64,000 nucleotides of DNA from Promethearchaeota archaeon. Lineage in GTDB: Archaea > Asgardarchaeota > Lokiarchaeia > Sigyniarchaeales > SOKP01. A model generated the notes under the pieces. The model worked only from the letters and a program-made list of their open reading frames with translations. It was not told the origin of the DNA and searched no databases. This document shows positions 47,776 to 59,379 of the stretch, one piece after another. Location: positions 32,001-96,000 of the forward strand of contig JAHPZE010000002.1 in NCBI GenBank assembly GCA_019058365.1, in the 5' to 3' direction. A program made the position numbers and the translations under genes. Numbering within the stretch: position 1 is the first letter of the stretch; every line of letters starts with the position of its first letter.

Positions 47776-48806
47776 CTTTCATTATCAAGGATATTATGTA
47801 TTTTTAAAAGAGAATCTGATGAATTTAGGTTCCATTTTTCAAAAGGGTTAATATTTGGATTAATTTCTATTACGGTTTCCTCAAAATTTTTGTTTTTATC
47901 CAAAACAAGTCGTATTTTTTGCTTATAAAAAGTTTCATCATTTGAATTCTTAAATTTACTATCAGTATTGATTAAAATTAAACCGTAACTCTTTTTTTCA
48001 TCTTTGTTAATTAAAAATTCTTCCAAATATAAAACTTTTTTATTCTGATAACTTAAATCAATTAACCGTATACTTGGAATAATGTTAGTTCTATTAAACA
48101 TTTTTAATGTCTCAACAATTCGATCTTCATAATAATCTGGTAATATTGCCATAATATAATAAGATGGAATAGAAGAGAGATATTTATTCTTTAATGGATC
48201 ATCATAATCAAAAGTATAAAGATTAGATACATTTGAATCTTTAGATTCTATTCTTTCTGTTATCCCTATACAATAGTAATTCTGTTTTTTCTTCCAATAC
48301 ATCTTTCTAGCTGAACCGAGAGAATGTTCAATAAGGTTTATACCTCTAGTTAGTTCATTATCAATAAAACTAGTAAAGTCAAATTTATCTTTATTAATAT
48401 ATTCATTTACAATTTTTCCTTGTATAATATTTGGATGAATGTATCTAATTAATTTTTGGTATATTAATTCAACATCTTCCGTATAGGGCGAACCGATGAT
48501 TGTGAACAGGTTTGTTTTAATCTCATCAGAAAATATTGATGAATTAAGACATGTAAAAGATTGAATAATTTCACTTTCTTTAATTTTTTTAAGTGATATT
48601 AACGTTGACTCAACTCTATTTAATGTCCATTCCCTTTCAGGAATCATTCCTTCAGAAAGGAGTAATGGTCCTAGAAACCTTAATGAGAGTACCCTAATTG
48701 CTGATTTACTCTCGTCAGATGATAACTCATTATATTTTATTTTATCAAAAACTCGTTTTTCTTCATCAGAGTAGAATAAACCCAAAATTAAATTTTTCTC
48801 TTGCAT
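47772..48806 (-). CDS. Hypothetical protein
   Basis: 344-aa ORF with no recognised motif. Confidence 0.7.
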   Translation of the reverse strand: MQEKNLILGLFYSDEEKRVFDKIKYNELSSDESKSAIRVLSLRFLGPLLLSEGMIPEREWTLNRVESTLISLKKIKESEIIQSFTCLNSSIFSDEIKTNLFTIIGSPYTEDVELIYQKLIRYIHPNIIQGKIVNEYINKDKFDFTSFIDNELTRGINLIEHSLGSARKMYWKKKQNYYCIGITERIESKDSNVSNLYTFDYDDPLKNKYLSSIPSYYIMAILPDYYEDRIVETLKMFNRTNIIPSIRLIDLSYQNKKVLYLEEFLINKDEKKSYGLILINTDSKFKNSNDETFYKQKIRLVLDKNKNFEETVIEINPNINPFEKWNLNSSDSLLKIHNILDNES

Positions 48807-49092
48807 CTAATTTTATGTAATCCTGATATATTTTTTTCTAAATTTAATAAGGAAATTTATATTAAAAAATGCATTATTTAAAATTTCTAATTAAGAATAA
48901 TGGTTTTTTTACAAACAGATTTTCTTAAATTTAGGATCATTGAACAATGTTGAAAATCATTTTAGAGTTTTTTAATAACAGTACCCATAAATCCTTAATT
49001 CATTAGAAATAATTTCCAATTAGCTATAATTAACTATTTTTATCAAGAGGGATTATATAAATTTAATTAATTATTCTACTTTTGAATATTTC

Positions 49093-50193
49093 ATGTTGAA
49101 AGTTGGGTTAATTGGGACTGGTGTTATCTTTGACCTAAATGTTTTAGGATATTTAAACCGAGAAGATGTAAAAATTACTTGTTTATGCAATAGGACTATT
49201 GAAAAAGCCAAACAAAAAAAAGAAAAATTCAATTTAGATCCTAATATTTCTATCTATTCGGATTATAAGGAAATGATAGATAAGGAGGATTTAGATATTG
49301 TAGAAATACTTTTACCACATCATCTCCACGCTGATGCTACTATTCAAGCTGCTCAAAAAGGAATAAAAGGAATTTCTGTTCAAAAACCAATTGCTTTAAC
49401 TTTAGAAGAAGCTGATAAGATGATTAATACTTGTAAAAAATCAGGATCAATTCTCTCGATTTATGAGAATTTCGTTTTTGCCCCTCATATAATGAAAGCA
49501 AAAGAATTATTAGATAATGATTACATTGGTGATCCCTCATCAATTCGGATTAAGACCGCAATAGGCGCTAAAGGTGGTTGGAAAATCCCAGAAGGTGCAG
49601 AAATATGGAGAAAAGATCCAAAAAAAATTGGGGGAGGGCAAAATGGTTCTCCAATTCTCTTCGATAATGGATGGCATGCTTTTTCTTTAGCGACGTGGTT
49701 TTTTGAAGAAGATATTGAAAAGGTTTTTGCATGGGCAGGTAATTATCGAGGTCTCGATGCTCCCGCATATGTAATGTTCAAATATAAGCAAAGTAAAGAA
49801 TATGTGGTTCCTCAATATGGTAATATGGAATTTACATTATTACCGGAAATGAATTTCTCAGATTCAAAATATTATCCTGTTGATGAATTCATTGAAATCA
49901 TCGGTAGCCGTGGAATAATGAAGATAAACCAAGGTACATCAATAGGTAATAAAATGTCGGATTCTGAAATATTTCCCCCCATCGTAATTATAAGAGATGG
50001 CAAGATAGAAACATTTAAGGATTTTGAAAAAGATTGGAAACATAGCTTTATTAATGCTACGAATTATTTCATTGAAGTAGTAAAAAATAATAAAGAACCA
50101 AAACTTTCTGGTGAACAAGCAAGATCTATATTGAAATTTAATCTAGCTGCTATTAAATCCGTTGAGCAAGGAAAAGAAATATATCTAGATTAA
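49093..50193 (+). CDS. Gfo/Idh/MocA family oxidoreductase
   Basis: KVGLIGTG, DIVEILLPHHLH, VQKP.A, D.G.H. Confidence 0.9.
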   Translation: MLKVGLIGTGVIFDLNVLGYLNREDVKITCLCNRTIEKAKQKKEKFNLDPNISIYSDYKEMIDKEDLDIVEILLPHHLHADATIQAAQKGIKGISVQKPIALTLEEADKMINTCKKSGSILSIYENFVFAPHIMKAKELLDNDYIGDPSSIRIKTAIGAKGGWKIPEGAEIWRKDPKKIGGGQNGSPILFDNGWHAFSLATWFFEEDIEKVFAWAGNYRGLDAPAYVMFKYKQSKEYVVPQYGNMEFTLLPEMNFSDSKYYPVDEFIEIIGSRGIMKINQGTSIGNKMSDSEIFPPIVIIRDGKIETFKDFEKDWKHSFINATNYFIEVVKNNKEPKLSGEQARSILKFNLAAIKSVEQGKEIYLD

Positions 50194-50197
50194 AAAA

Positions 50198-51463
50198 TTA
50201 TTCTAATAATAGATCTTTATCATATTTCAATTCTTTATGAATTAAACCTGCTTGTATCCCCTTTTTAAAATCTTTTCTTATTCTTGAAAAATATTTATGT
50301 AATACAGCGCCATTGATCTCTTTAGGTTCCTCAACTAAGCATGAACGGTTTAATTCATTTTCAGAAGTCATTTCTTCCCAAAAAACATCTCTTTTTTGTT
50401 GATCTGAGATGTGTGCCATTTTAGCAAAAATAGATAGGTTTTTCCCTTGCTCTCCGTTATATAAAGGTTCTCCTCCACTTTTTATAACTTCAATAAAATG
50501 TTCAGTTGAATTTATAAAAGAATATCTCCAATCTCTTGGGAGATCATTTCCATATGTGTTTACTTCTCCATTAGTATATACAATAATAGGAGGAAACTGT
50601 GGACTTTTTGAAATAAAATTACCTCCACAAGTACATTGATTTATCCACATTAGACCTTTTGTACCAGATATTTCAATATATTCATCACATACATAATAGT
50701 TTGTAGGGTAATATAGATTAGGAGCTATAGTAATCTCAAAAATGCCAAATCTAGGAGCTTTATCTACATATCTGCTTGGATATTGCCAAAGAATATAACT
50801 TGGTCCATCCCAGACTGCAGAAAAATAATCAATCCAACTATAAACTTTTTCAACTCGATCTTGACCCATTAACCAGAGCGCCATTGAAAATTTATGAATT
50901 CCATCATCATAAACCCATGGCCCTCCCCCACAAATATCAAATTTTCGACGCCATCCAATTGATTTTAGATCTCTTGGCATACTAGGACCTCCTGCATTAA
51001 TCGAATTAATTCTAAAATTCGTCAAATCTCCAATAATTCCATTATTTAGTAATTCTTTTGCTCGTAAATATACAGGATAGAATCGAAAATTTTCATATAC
51101 TTTTAATTTCACTTTCTCATCTTCACAAACTCTTATCATTTTTTCACAATCTGTTAATGTATGAGCCATTGGCTTTTGAACTGAAATACCTCTGACTCCC
51201 GCTTTAGCACAATATTCTGTCATAGGTCCATGAAGATGATGTGGAGTTAAAATTTCAACAATATCTAAATCTTCCCGATTAACCATTTCTCTATAATTCG
51301 GGTATATCTTTATAGTTCTTAATCCCCATTGTTCTAATTTATCCCTAGCTTTCTTAATATCCGTATCAGAAACAGCAACAATTTCTGTATCTTGTGAATG
51401 GAGATAACCCATAACATTTAAATTGGCGATATCACCACAACCTATTATTCCAACTCTTAACAT
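50198..51463 (-). CDS. Gfo/Idh/MocA family oxidoreductase (convergent paralog)
   Basis: RVGIIGCG, DIVEILTPHHLH, VQKPMA, GGG...DDGIH. Confidence 0.9.
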   Translation of the reverse strand: MLRVGIIGCGDIANLNVMGYLHSQDTEIVAVSDTDIKKARDKLEQWGLRTIKIYPNYREMVNREDLDIVEILTPHHLHGPMTEYCAKAGVRGISVQKPMAHTLTDCEKMIRVCEDEKVKLKVYENFRFYPVYLRAKELLNNGIIGDLTNFRINSINAGGPSMPRDLKSIGWRRKFDICGGGPWVYDDGIHKFSMALWLMGQDRVEKVYSWIDYFSAVWDGPSYILWQYPSRYVDKAPRFGIFEITIAPNLYYPTNYYVCDEYIEISGTKGLMWINQCTCGGNFISKSPQFPPIIVYTNGEVNTYGNDLPRDWRYSFINSTEHFIEVIKSGGEPLYNGEQGKNLSIFAKMAHISDQQKRDVFWEEMTSENELNRSCLVEEPKEINGAVLHKYFSRIRKDFKKGIQAGLIHKELKYDKDLLLE

Positions 51464-51526
51464 AATCTCAAAAGTTCAAATTATAATTTAATTTTTATTA
51501 ATTTAGTCTATAAAAAGAATGTAATT

Positions 51527-52954
51527 TCATTTTTCCTTCATTTCATACCAATCTTTCATTTCAAATAATTGTGTGTCATCTTCTATGAGAAGTTCTCCCT
51601 TCGCATCTTTTTTAATTACATTAAATATTCTATCGCAAATATCTGGATTTTCTTCAGCAATATTTACATTCCACTCCGGATCCTTTGATAAATCAAAGAG
51701 TCGTTGATATAATCTATTATTCGAAGTAATAAAAGCAAAATTATCGTCTTTATATAGCGTACACGCATGAAAACCGCAAGTAATATAATTACGGTCTTCA
51801 ATAATTTGATCATCTTCCTCAATAAATATAGAAAGATCTATCCCATCAAATATATCGGGTTTATCTTTATTTAAAAAACCGAAGATTGTGGGTAATATAT
51901 CAAAATCATAAACATATAACTTTCTTATTCTTTTAGGTTTATTAATCTCGTGAGGGGGTTTAATCATAAAAGGAATATCAACTAATTCAGGATACATATA
52001 ATAAGGGATCTTTCCTGTTGCATTATGTTCTCCGATGGAATGCCCATGATCACTGATAAAAATTATTAAAGAATCTTCATATAACTCCATACTTTTTAAT
52101 TCATTTATAAAATATCCAAACCACGCATCACATAATGATACTTCTCCTGCATAACAAGCTCTCATATATTTTAACTCTCCCTCGGTAAGATAATCGATAT
52201 CATGACGATAAGCAGGCGTAATTACTTTCCTACCAGAATAATTCTTATCTACATAAAGATCAAGGTATTTTTGAGGAGGATCCCAAGGTTCATGTGGATC
52301 AAATTCATCAATTAAGCAAAAAGTTTTACTAATTGCCTGAGTGTCCTTAGTAAATTCAATAGCCTTCTTAAAAGTTTTAGCTGGAAAATAATTTTCTTCT
52401 GTTTTTCTATCTTGAATATTTGGAAAATATCTATTTAATATAAGCTTTTGATACCCTCTACCAGCAAGGTCTCCACTAACAGTATGTTCTTTCATCATCT
52501 GATTAAGTTCAGATTTACCTTTCCTTAAAATTGCCCTAAATTTATCATTTTCATGACCTCTAATCCAATTCCATTGATCATACCCTAGATGAAAATTCAT
52601 ATTAGGTTTAAATTGATGATAAGCGCTTGTTATAAATGCCGTTTTATATCCGAAACTATTTAAGTACTCAGAAAGATGTTTCTGTTGAGGAGGGATTGGA
52701 TGCCATCCTGGAGCCTTAACTATATCATCAGTTCGAAGCTTTGGTTTCTGATGGTTAAATGGAAAAGTACGAATTCCAGTATGAATAGCTCTACGTACAG
52801 GGATAGTTGGTAATGATTCAGGATAAGCTTTATCATATACAATACAATCTTTAGCAAATTCATCAAAATTTGGGGTTTTTATCCATTCATTTCCATAAGT
52901 CCTTCCAGTATGATCTTTCCTTAATGTATCAAATATTATTAAAAAAATTTTCAT
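51527..52954 (-). CDS. Sulfatase-family protein with Thr at the formylglycine position
   Basis: DTLRKDH, TPNFD, PTIPVRRAIHTG (T-x-P-x-R), DPHEPWDPP, SDHG...GEH. Confidence 0.88.
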   Translation of the reverse strand: MKIFLIIFDTLRKDHTGRTYGNEWIKTPNFDEFAKDCIVYDKAYPESLPTIPVRRAIHTGIRTFPFNHQKPKLRTDDIVKAPGWHPIPPQQKHLSEYLNSFGYKTAFITSAYHQFKPNMNFHLGYDQWNWIRGHENDKFRAILRKGKSELNQMMKEHTVSGDLAGRGYQKLILNRYFPNIQDRKTEENYFPAKTFKKAIEFTKDTQAISKTFCLIDEFDPHEPWDPPQKYLDLYVDKNYSGRKVITPAYRHDIDYLTEGELKYMRACYAGEVSLCDAWFGYFINELKSMELYEDSLIIFISDHGHSIGEHNATGKIPYYMYPELVDIPFMIKPPHEINKPKRIRKLYVYDFDILPTIFGFLNKDKPDIFDGIDLSIFIEEDDQIIEDRNYITCGFHACTLYKDDNFAFITSNNRLYQRLFDLSKDPEWNVNIAEENPDICDRIFNVIKKDAKGELLIEDDTQLFEMKDWYEMKEK

Positions 52955-53119
52955 AATAATGCGACTTCTGGTTAATAAATCTATTAATGTTTAATCATGT
53001 AAAATAATTATAAGAATTATCCTTAATTTGCATTGAGTATTAAAATTAAAAATTAATTACAGATAAAAGCTATTTTGATAAGTTTTAGACAAAAAAATAA
53101 AAAAATTGAAAAATAGGAA

Positions 53120-54331
53120 ATGAAACCATTTTCATTATTGATAAAGCCAGCCTCAGCCGATTGTAATCTAAGATGTGAATACTGTTTCTATATAGATCAC
53201 CTTGAAAAGATTAAAGACAACCCTCGAATGTCAGATGATGTATTAAAAAAAATGATAGCAGGCTATATGGAGACAAATCAAAATAATAATTATGCTTTTG
53301 GGTGGCAGGGAGGGGAATCGATGATAATGGGCCTAAAATTCTTTCAAAAAGCAGTAGAACTTCAAAAGCTTTATGCTCCTCCTGGAGCTGTTATAAGTAA
53401 TGGGTTACAGACAAATGGTACACTTATTAATGATGATTTTGCACATTTTTTTGGAGAATATAAATTTTTAATTGGAGTAAGTCTTGATGGTCCTGCCTAT
53501 ATACATGATTACTATAGAAAAACTATAGGTAAAAAATCCTCTCATCATTTGGTTATGCACGGTATTGAATATTTGAGACAGAACAAGGTAGAATTCAACA
53601 TTTTAATTCTTGTAAACAATGAAAATGTAAAAAAAGCGAAAGAAATTTATCATTATCTACGAGAACAAGGTTTTTTTTATCACCAATATATCCCTTGTGT
53701 TGAATTCGATGAAAATGATAATCCCAAGACATTTTCAATAACAGGAGTAGAATGGGGAGACTTTCTCTGCGATCTATTTGACCAATGGATTAAAGAAGAT
53801 ATATATGAAATTTCTATTCGACTTTTTGATTCAATCTTGGAATATTTGGTATTTGGACGCTATAATGTATGCTATATGAATAATAATTGTTGCCAATATT
53901 TTGTAATTGAATATGATGGAAGTGTTTATCCTTGTGATTTTTTCGTTCGTGAGGATCTATTATTAGGAAATATTCTTCATGATAAGTGGGAAGATCTTCT
54001 AAAATCTCCAATCTATCGTAAATTCGGACAGGAAAAAGCCAATTGGCATAAAAGTTGTAATTCATGTCCTTTCATTAATTTATGCCATGGAGATTGTCAA
54101 AAATTCCGTATAGGAAGCCCTCAAAGCTCAAATATATTGAGCGTTTTATGTAAGGGATGGAAAAAATTTTATACATATACTTTACCACATTTTAAGATCA
54201 TTGCTGATAGAATAAAAAATGGACATGCAATTAATTCAATGATTCAAATTAAATCTGAGAAAGTTGGACGAAATTCCCCGTGTCCTTGTGGAAGTGGGAA
54301 AAAATATAAAAATTGCTGTATGAGACAGTAG
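53120..54331 (+). CDS. Anaerobic sulfatase-maturating radical SAM enzyme (anSME) with SPASM and C-terminal SEC-C
   Basis: [36 protein letters not shown]....[20 protein letters not shown]. Confidence 0.92.
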   Translation: MKPFSLLIKPASADCNLRCEYCFYIDHLEKIKDNPRMSDDVLKKMIAGYMETNQNNNYAFGWQGGESMIMGLKFFQKAVELQKLYAPPGAVISNGLQTNGTLINDDFAHFFGEYKFLIGVSLDGPAYIHDYYRKTIGKKSSHHLVMHGIEYLRQNKVEFNILILVNNENVKKAKEIYHYLREQGFFYHQYIPCVEFDENDNPKTFSITGVEWGDFLCDLFDQWIKEDIYEISIRLFDSILEYLVFGRYNVCYMNNNCCQYFVIEYDGSVYPCDFFVREDLLLGNILHDKWEDLLKSPIYRKFGQEKANWHKSCNSCPFINLCHGDCQKFRIGSPQSSNILSVLCKGWKKFYTYTLPHFKIIADRIKNGHAINSMIQIKSEKVGRNSPCPCGSGKKYKNCCMRQ

Positions 54332-54332
54332 C

Positions 54333-57002
54333 TTAAGACTTTTTTAATTTCCATCTTAATGGTTCATTTAGTTTACTTCTACCATAAAAAACTATCTGAT
54401 CTTTTTCAATGTTAATATCCTTTTCTGAGTCATTAACTTCCAGACTTACAAGTTGCTTTAATTCATCACTATTTAGATTCAATGCAACTTTCCAATTCCC
54501 CTCAATAAGAGGAGCATACCAACCAGAATATCCTTCTTCTGTCTTTTTAAAACCTAATATTGGAGAAGAGACACTATATTTTTCTTTTGGTAAACTTGGT
54601 GAAAATTTAATGCCTTTTTTAGTGAATTTCGCTCCTATCAAATGTGTTATATTATATAATGGCCAAGCATGTGGATGTAAATTCATAACAGGAAAATCTG
54701 TCCAGTTTATTCCGAATGGGTCTTCTAACATAATTTTATTATCTTTTGGATCTCCTGTAACAAGATATTCAAAAAAGTGAGTTTGCCCATGATATATTGA
54801 GAGATCAGAATTATATGTATCTGGTCCACTCCAAATTCCATACCATATATCAGGAAAAGCCTTTGCGTGAAATGCAAGTGTATTTTTTTTCCATTCATCC
54901 CAAGCCATTTCACTTTTTACGCAGGATAAGGCCCATATTAATGTTCCGTTAATTGATGGCCAAATTCCACCATTGACTCGCATACCAACTTCTCTTTTCA
55001 TTAAATCAATGTCTTTGCTTAGTAACCTTGCTCCGATCTTTGATGAATATCGTAACAACTTATCAATATTATTTTTTAAAACCGGAATCCAGTCATTATC
55101 GACAGCATCTCCTATAATGGCCCAAGGTTGAGGTTCTAACCATAGGATTTCATCTCCAATCCAGCCTAGATCGTCGTTAAACCACGCTCGCTTAAACCAT
55201 TGTCCATTCCACTGTGCTTTAACAGCTTTTTTCAAAGATTCGGCATACTTAATAACCTTATCAACCATATCATAGTTTTTAATAATGCTTAATAAATCCG
55301 CAAATTTATTGAGAACATAAATTGCCATAGTAGTATTAAGAATACTTTCTCCATGAGTTCTCACCTCCTCATGTTTTTCTTCTGGAACATAACCCATTAC
55401 AGCGCCATCATTCCAATCACCTGTTGAGAGTCTTTGAAGTCCATGCTTTCCAGTTCCAGTAATTTCTGTAAAATGGTTAAAACATAAAATTAAGATTTTT
55501 AAAACTGCTGATGTATTAGCTTCTTTACCATAAAGAGGATAAGTCGAAATTACTTCCTCTAAAAATTCCTTATCTCTTGTAGCTAGTATATATTCACTAG
55601 TAACCCATAATAACCATAATTCAAGATCACTGGGAAAAAATGGTAATGGTATAATCATTCCATTACCAGTGACCCCATACGGAATTTCTCCATCTTCTTT
55701 AACAGTTTTTAAAATGTATCTAATAATTTCTTTAACAATTTTGGGTTCACAAAAAATAAAAGGCAATATATGCTGTAGTGGATCTCGTGCTGCTATTTGA
55801 GTTCCCATTATATATTGATAGACATGTCCTTGAGAAAGAATATGCTCATTGAAATAATCATCATACGTCATCGCACTACGCAAATAATAATTATGCCATA
55901 TAGTTTCACGTTCTACCCAAGCTTCTTTGGGAATAGACAATTTTATTATATTTCTTTTCCAACTTTCAGCAGAATAATCCCATTGATTATAGATTTCATT
56001 TTTATAATCTTTTAAAACTTGATCGAGATAAATACCTTTAGGTAAATAACCATATGCAAAATATAATGTTCGACTTTCTTTTGGTTTTAAATAAACTTGT
56101 TGTTCTACTATCATTGCACTTTTATCGTCTACCGTATCTAAATTAGAAGGAAGAGTACCTTTAACTCCATCAGGAAACTCAACGCCCCCTTTTCCAAAAA
56201 AGTCAAATCCATTAGTACTAAAATCTCTAATAGGGCCATTTAATGAAACTAAGAATGTTTTAGGGGATTCTTTGCTTTCAAATACAGGTTTGGGTGCTTC
56301 TTTTTTGTTCACACTCTTACGACCTTGAAAATGTTTAGCTTCGAATAGACCAGAATTATCTATTAAAGAAAATTCATGTGAAAATTTTGAACTAAATTCT
56401 CTTCGCTTTTTATTCATTAATGAAAGATCTTTTTTCCCAAAAGCTGTATAATATGCAAGTACCGAAAATTGAAACATTTTACATCCCCAATATTCTATCC
56501 ATCGTAAATTTTTCGATTGTTCAGTATTATTTGAAATTGTAACTTGAGATATAAGTAAAGGATCATCTCCATAAGGTGCAAAAATAACTTGATCCACTGA
56601 TAGATTATATCCTTTAACTATTTTACGGAAATATCCAATCCCAAAAATTCGATCAAATGAATCTCCGTTTCCTGAAAAAAATGTATTTAACAAATTTTCT
56701 CCATCAACTAAATATCCAAACCCTCCTGCGAATTGATTTTGCTCGGGATCATAATCATTAAGGAATTTTGGACATCCTTCATCTTGACGAACTTGAACAT
56801 AACCAAAATTTGAAGCAACTCCGACTAAGCGATCGTTTCCAACTTGGTGTAGATGTTCTATATTAGAGCGCAACTTTTCATTTAAAGGAATTATTGCTTT
56901 AGGATCATTTATTTGGTCGCAAGTATAACGATAAGCAGGTAATCCGAATTCATCTTCAATCCATTCACCAAAATAACCAGAACCAAATGATTTTTTTGAC
57001 AT
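54333..57002 (-). CDS. GH94-like glycoside phosphorylase/hydrolase, (alpha/alpha)6 barrel
   Basis: RD.LQ, D..LWL....EY...T.D..FL, G.HGL....GDWND, W.G.WF.R, NGG.W. Confidence 0.78.
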   Translation of the reverse strand: MSKKSFGSGYFGEWIEDEFGLPAYRYTCDQINDPKAIIPLNEKLRSNIEHLHQVGNDRLVGVASNFGYVQVRQDEGCPKFLNDYDPEQNQFAGGFGYLVDGENLLNTFFSGNGDSFDRIFGIGYFRKIVKGYNLSVDQVIFAPYGDDPLLISQVTISNNTEQSKNLRWIEYWGCKMFQFSVLAYYTAFGKKDLSLMNKKRREFSSKFSHEFSLIDNSGLFEAKHFQGRKSVNKKEAPKPVFESKESPKTFLVSLNGPIRDFSTNGFDFFGKGGVEFPDGVKGTLPSNLDTVDDKSAMIVEQQVYLKPKESRTLYFAYGYLPKGIYLDQVLKDYKNEIYNQWDYSAESWKRNIIKLSIPKEAWVERETIWHNYYLRSAMTYDDYFNEHILSQGHVYQYIMGTQIAARDPLQHILPFIFCEPKIVKEIIRYILKTVKEDGEIPYGVTGNGMIIPLPFFPSDLELWLLWVTSEYILATRDKEFLEEVISTYPLYGKEANTSAVLKILILCFNHFTEITGTGKHGLQRLSTGDWNDGAVMGYVPEEKHEEVRTHGESILNTTMAIYVLNKFADLLSIIKNYDMVDKVIKYAESLKKAVKAQWNGQWFKRAWFNDDLGWIGDEILWLEPQPWAIIGDAVDNDWIPVLKNNIDKLLRYSSKIGARLLSKDIDLMKREVGMRVNGGIWPSINGTLIWALSCVKSEMAWDEWKKNTLAFHAKAFPDIWYGIWSGPDTYNSDLSIYHGQTHFFEYLVTGDPKDNKIMLEDPFGINWTDFPVMNLHPHAWPLYNITHLIGAKFTKKGIKFSPSLPKEKYSVSSPILGFKKTEEGYSGWYAPLIEGNWKVALNLNSDELKQLVSLEVNDSEKDINIEKDQIVFYGRSKLNEPLRWKLKKS

Positions 57003-57156
57003 TTTTCAAAAGATATCCTTAAATTGTGTTATATTATTAATTCCCGCTAATATAAGAACTTTCATATTCTTATTTGTAATAAAATCTTACGTGGTAAAAA
57101 AGTCTTTAAAGTAAGAATACTTTTTTGGTTTATTAATTAAACAAAATGATACTAAA

Positions 57157-57906
57157 ATGAGTAACATTTTCACTGACGTCGGAATTGTCGCAATTACATT
57201 TTTTTACGTTATTTTAACGATTTTTATACCTCTAATATTGTACAAAAAGGAAAAAATCACTAAATTCTCAGCAAGAAAGTCAATCCATATGTTTGCTGGT
57301 TTAGCAATACTAAGCGCACCATTTTATTTTTGGCCATTTTGGCCAACCATTATAGGTGTTACGTTGACTATATTCGTTTATTTTAGCTCAAAAGAATCAA
57401 AAGTAAAGCAACTAAAAGATTTATATGATGCAATCTCTGAAGAACAAGAAAATGGTTTGAAGAGAGCTTTTCTTCAGGGTCCCTTTTTTTATTGTATTTC
57501 TATTACATTATTAGTGTTAATTTTTGCAATTTTTGCTCCAGATCAATTTTATTTTCCAATAGCGGGAGTATTGATAATGATAGTTGCTGATACTTTGGCT
57601 TCAGTAATAGGAAAACGTTGGGGAAAGATAAGTTTGTGTCTTAAATACACAAATTCAAAAAGAACCTTAGAAGGAAGTTTAACTTTCTTTGGAACGGCGT
57701 ATCTGCTATGCTTTCTCTCGTTTTACCTGTTTGGTTTGTTAATCCCTACTTTTCAAGATCCTTTGAATTTACCTACTATATTAATATATTCATTAATCAC
57801 CAGTGCAATCGCTGCAATAATCGAACTAATTTCTCCGAGCACATATGACGATTTAACTGTTCCCATAGGTAGTACTTTAATTATGTACCTTTTAACTTTG
57901 CTCTAA
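57157..57906 (+). CDS. CTP-dependent polyprenol (dolichol/phytol-type) kinase family
   Basis: RK.IH, G...Y, D.LAS.IG..WG, KRTLEGS, E......DD...P. Confidence 0.85.
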   Translation: MSNIFTDVGIVAITFFYVILTIFIPLILYKKEKITKFSARKSIHMFAGLAILSAPFYFWPFWPTIIGVTLTIFVYFSSKESKVKQLKDLYDAISEEQENGLKRAFLQGPFFYCISITLLVLIFAIFAPDQFYFPIAGVLIMIVADTLASVIGKRWGKISLCLKYTNSKRTLEGSLTFFGTAYLLCFLSFYLFGLLIPTFQDPLNLPTILIYSLITSAIAAIIELISPSTYDDLTVPIGSTLIMYLLTLL

Positions 57907-57964
57907 CATTAACTTATCTTTTATTTTAATTCAAATAGTTTTTAAAATTATAAGATCACGTATC

Positions 57965-59356
57965 ATGGAAAATACCCAAAAATCCTTTAATGTAATAGTA
58001 GTTGGTGCTGGTACAGGTGGAGCGACTTCTGCCAGATTTGCAGCAAAGAAAGGTTTAGATGTCTGTTTAATAGACAGAAAACCAAGGGTAAAGATTGGAG
58101 ATAAAATATGCGGTGATGCTGTAGGAAATGAAATTTTTGATTTCTTAAAGATTAATCATCCAAAAAATGAAGAATTATCATGTTATATAAAAGGAGCGAA
58201 ATTATACTCACCGAACCTTAAGAAATGTATCACATTACTAGATCCTAAACAAGCGGGATACATTGTAAATAGATTAGAATTTGGACAAAGATTATTGAAT
58301 GAAGCTCTTGATTCGGGTGTTAAACAATTCTTAGACAATACTATGGCTTTACATTTGTTATATAAAAATGGAACTGTTACCGGACTTCAAGTTAAATTAG
58401 AAAATGGAGAAAAAGTCAACCTTAATGCCAAAATTGTTATTGATGCGAGTGGATTTTATTCACCCTTAAGAAAAAATGCTAGAAGTTCCTTAATTGAAAA
58501 AAATATATCAAATAACGATAGTATTTTATGTTATCGTGAGATTGTGAAATTTTCATCTTCAGATCAACAAGTAGATGATCCCGAATACATTTCAATAATT
58601 CTAGATCAAGAGAAAGCTCCTGGAGGATATATGTGGTATTTTCCAAAAAACGAGTCTTCTATTAATATAGGAATTGGGACCTTTATGGATTATGGAGGTA
58701 AAGTAAAGGATTTATACAAAACAAATGTATTTCAAGAATTTATTAAAACATCCAATATTGAAATTATCTCAACTGGAGGTGGTGTAGTCCCTGTGAGAAG
58801 ACCACTATGGTCCTGTGCAGATAATGGATTTATGTTAGTAGGAGATGCTGCCTGTCAAGTTAATCCACTTCATGGAGGTGGCATTGATCCCTCTATGAGA
58901 GCGGGTTTTCATGCTGCAAATTCAGCAGTTCACGCAATAGAAAATAATGATAATTCTATAAACGAGTTATGGGATTATAATTATAATGTAATGACAAGTT
59001 TTGGAGCTGAATTTGCCTCATTAGATTTATTAAGAATTGTTCTCCAAAATCTTTCAAATGAGGAATTGAATTTTGGTTTAGAACGCGATTTGTTGAGCGG
59101 AGAAGAAATTTTAGAAATTTCCTCTACAGGAGGGTTAAATTTATCTCTAATTAATATGGCAGTTAAAGCTTTTAAAGGGATTTCCCAGCCAAACTTATTA
59201 TTAGATCTAAATTATCTTAGGATAAAAATGAAGGAGATCGCTAAACTTTACAAAAATTTTCCTAAAGAATTAGATCGATTTCCTAATTGGAAAGAAAATA
59301 TTATTGCAATATATGATAATATTGAAAGAATGATTGTGAATACCAAAAAAAAGTAA
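57965..59356 (+). CDS. Geranylgeranyl reductase family (DGGGPL reductase)
   Basis: VVGAGTGG, KICGDA, IDASG, PGGY.W.FPK, VGDAA..VNPLHGGGI. Confidence 0.9.
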   Translation: MENTQKSFNVIVVGAGTGGATSARFAAKKGLDVCLIDRKPRVKIGDKICGDAVGNEIFDFLKINHPKNEELSCYIKGAKLYSPNLKKCITLLDPKQAGYIVNRLEFGQRLLNEALDSGVKQFLDNTMALHLLYKNGTVTGLQVKLENGEKVNLNAKIVIDASGFYSPLRKNARSSLIEKNISNNDSILCYREIVKFSSSDQQVDDPEYISIILDQEKAPGGYMWYFPKNESSINIGIGTFMDYGGKVKDLYKTNVFQEFIKTSNIEIISTGGGVVPVRRPLWSCADNGFMLVGDAACQVNPLHGGGIDPSMRAGFHAANSAVHAIENNDNSINELWDYNYNVMTSFGAEFASLDLLRIVLQNLSNEELNFGLERDLLSGEEILEISSTGGLNLSLINMAVKAFKGISQPNLLLDLNYLRIKMKEIAKLYKNFPKELDRFPNWKENIIAIYDNIERMIVNTKKK

Positions 59357-59379
59357 AGAAATTAAAAGATGTGAATTTT

